Source: an uncultured bacterium (lineage in GTDB: Bacteria > JAHJDO01). From it: DNA of 64,000 nt. A program made the position numbers and the translations under genes. The notes beneath the pieces were generated by a model. It was not told the origin of the DNA. It did not search any database and saw only the letters and a program-made list of their open reading frames with translations. The stretch spans positions 10,967 to 74,966 of the forward strand of contig CAYTGU010000007.1 of assembly GCA_964437505.1 (NCBI GenBank), given 5' to 3'. Below, in pieces: positions 62,076 to 64,000 of this stretch. Each line of letters begins with the position of its first letter. Within the stretch, counting starts at the first letter, position 1.

Positions 62076-64000
62076 TTTAAAACCTTCTTTAAAAATCTTC
62101 CCGTATATGAGAGCGTATTCTTAGCAACCTGTTCCGGAGTTCCTTCTGCTACAACCTCTCCCCCATTGTCTCCTCCCTCCGGTCCAAGATCTACAATATA
62201 ATCAGCTGTTTTTAGAACATCTAAATTATGTTCAATTACCACCACTGTATTCCCTTTATCCACTAATCTTCCTAAAACGTCTAATAGCTTTTGAACATCT
62301 GCAAAATGCAGGCCTGTGGTTGGTTCATCAAGTATATAGAGCGTCCTGCCTGTTGAAACCTTGCTTAATTCACTAGCCAGCTTAACCCTTTGCGCTTCTC
62401 CTCCTGAGAGAGTGGTAGCAGACTGTCCCAATTTCACATACCCCAGCCCTACATCATTCAGAGTCTGCAGTCTCCTTTTTACAGGTGGAATATTTTCAAA
62501 AAGTTTCATTGTTTCTTCAATTGTCATATCCAGAACATCTGCTATGTTTTCATCCTTGTATTTTATCTCCAGAGTTTCTCTATTGAATCGTGTTCCTCTG
62601 CATGTTTCGCATGTTACATAAACATCCGGAAGAAAGTGCATTTCAATCTTTATTAAACCGTCCCCCTTACATGCCTCACATCTTCCGCCCTTAACATTAA
62701 AAGAGAATCTTCCTGGCTTATATCCCCTTGCTCTTGAGCCAGGAACCTGAGAAAACAAACGTCTTATATAATCAAAAGCGCCTGTATATGTGGCAGGGTT
62801 AGAACGTGGGGTTCTGCCTATTGGCGACTGAGTGATATTTGCAACCTTATCTATTTGAGAAAATCCTTTAATATCAACATGTTTACCCGGTTTTTCTTTT
62901 GAACCGTATAGGATTTGAGCCAGAGCCCTATACAGTGTTTCGTCAACCAGTGTGCTTTTGCCGGAACCAGATACGCCTGAAACACAGACCAATAACCCTA
63001 GAGGAATATTTACGTTTATCTTTTTTAAATTATGTTCAAAAGCTCCCAGTATTCTAAGCTGCTTTTCAGTTGGTTTTCTTCTTTGTTTAGGTGTATCAAT
63101 CTTGATTTTTCCTGACAGATATTTACCTGTAATAGAATTCTTGTTTTTTATTATTTCTTCCGGCTTGCCACACGCTACAATATTTCCGCCATGGATACCA
63201 GCTCCCGGACCAAGATCTATTACATAATCTGCATTTCTTATTGTTTGTTCATCATGTTCTACAACAATAACTGTATTCCCCAGGTCGCGTAGACTGGTCA
63301 ATGTCTTCAGCAATTTTCTGTTATCTCTCTGGTGAAGCCCAATACTTGGCTCATCCAGAATATACAGCACTCCCACAAGACTTGAACCAATTTGTGTAGC
63401 GAGCCTGATTCTCTCTCCTTCTCCTCCTGAAAGGGTCTGCGCTGTTCTATCCAAAGTAATATAGTCAAGTCCTACATTGGAGAGAAATGTTAAGCGCTCC
63501 CTGACTTCCTTTAGAATATCACGCGCAATAAGTTCTTCTGTTTTCCCCAAACGCAGATTATTAAAGAATCTGATAGTAGATTTGATTGATAAAGAACATA
63601 TTTCTGCTATTGATTTCTTATTGATTTTCACAGCAAGACTCTGAGGGGAAAGTCTTGCACCTTTACACTCAGGACATAATCTGACTCTCATGTATTTATT
63701 GTAAATCTCCGACTTTACATATTCAGAATCGGTTTGGCTCCACCTTCTCTCAAGGTTGTTAATTACCCCCTCAAATTTCATTGTATGTCTGTGGATTCTG
63801 CGTCTGAGCCGCAGCGTAAAATCAAGTTTTTCTTCTGTCCCGTACAGAATCATGTTTTGATGTTCTTTGCTTAAATTCCTGAATGGAACATCAAGGTCTA
63901 TATTATAGTGCTCAGCAACTGTCTCCAGCATCTGAAATAGGTATCTTCTTGTTGCCGCTTTCCAGCGATGGCGTCTTGTTGTTATTGGATCGCTCCATGA
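62072..64000 (-). CDS. uvrA: Excinuclease ABC subunit A (UvrA); N-terminal part lies beyond the window end
   Basis: Two ABC ATPase modules with Zn-finger CxxC pairs (CPECKGARL; CEACKGDGL), signature [12 protein letters not shown], and the C-terminal half of UvrA. The frame stays open to nt 64000. Confidence 0.95.
   Translation of the reverse strand, partial: SWSDPITTRRHRWKAATRRYLFQMLETVAEHYNIDLDVPFRNLSKEHQNMILYGTEEKLDFTLRLRRRIHRHTMKFEGVINNLERRWSQTDSEYVKSEIYNKYMRVRLCPECKGARLSPQSLAVKINKKSIAEICSLSIKSTIRFFNNLRLGKTEELIARDILKEVRERLTFLSNVGLDYITLDRTAQTLSGGEGERIRLATQIGSSLVGVLYILDEPSIGLHQRDNRKLLKTLTSLRDLGNTVIVVEHDEQTIRNADYVIDLGPGAGIHGGNIVACGKPEEIIKNKNSITGKYLSGKIKIDTPKQRRKPTEKQLRILGAFEHNLKKINVNIPLGLLVCVSGVSGSGKSTLVDETLYRALAQILYGSKEKPGKHVDIKGFSQIDKVANITQSPIGRTPRSNPATYTGAFDYIRRLFSQVPGSRARGYKPGRFSFNVKGGRCEACKGDGLIKIEMHFLPDVYVTCETCRGTRFNRETLEIKYKDENIADVLDMTIEETMKLFENIPPVKRRLQTLNDVGLGYVKLGQSATTLSGGEAQRVKLASELSKVSTGRTLYILDEPTTGLHFADVQKLLDVLGRLVDKGNTVVVIEHNLDVLKTADYIVDLGPEGGDNGGEVVAEGTPEQVAKNTLSYTGRFLKKVLK

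Overview
This 64-kb window looks like chromosomal DNA from a low-G+C (about 30–35% by eye) diderm bacterium, probably an uncultivated lineage, and it is mostly densely packed housekeeping genes. From the left: the tail of a yqfF/ybeY/dgkA-type operon (7TM-HD hydrolase, YbeY, a DgkA–PAP2 fusion, CorC/TlyC) is followed by DUF502 and lptC-lptA-lptB. A compositionally foreign island of about 4 kb comes next (AraC regulator, GH39 glycoside hydrolase, a URO-D-family fragment, a full URO-D-family protein, then a truncated sugar-phosphate isomerase remnant and 760 bp of repeat-rich non-coding DNA). The minus strand then carries dnaE, truA, asd, leuB, a second URO-D-family gene, coaX, birA, nadC, a 653-aa polytopic membrane protein, a GT4, cobU, a class-II-like Fic protein, leuD/leuC and mgtE. 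After two unknown coiled-coil/Pro-rich membrane proteins come trkH-trkA, folE and a NagA-like amidohydrolase. A long minus-strand string follows: hisI-hisA-hisB-lysC-thrC-PAP2-hom, then a two-gene cassette of a retropepsin-like aspartic protease and a 62-aa protein, then an IclR regulator. Divergent from IclR is a pair of a QueG/RdhA-like Fe-S protein and a putative U32-like protein. The rest holds an aminotransferase, an orphan lipoyl-domain protein, a neutral-ceramidase-like gene, a glycan-biosynthesis cluster (DegT, GT2, SPL-like radical SAM, nucleosidase-like, two GT-B glycosyltransferases), a MoxR-DUF58-vWA-vWA (Bat-like) operon, a DUF3109 Cys-rich protein and the 3' part of uvrA. I found no rRNA, tRNA, CRISPR, transposase or integrase. 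The most interesting candidates are the foreign GH39/URO-D island, the retropepsin cassette embedded in the thr/his operon, the IclR–QueG-like–U32-like module, a 50-bp duplicated coaX 3' end, and a 12-bp tandem repeat upstream of cobU. Every call rests on reading the translations and the raw sequence; I ran no searches.
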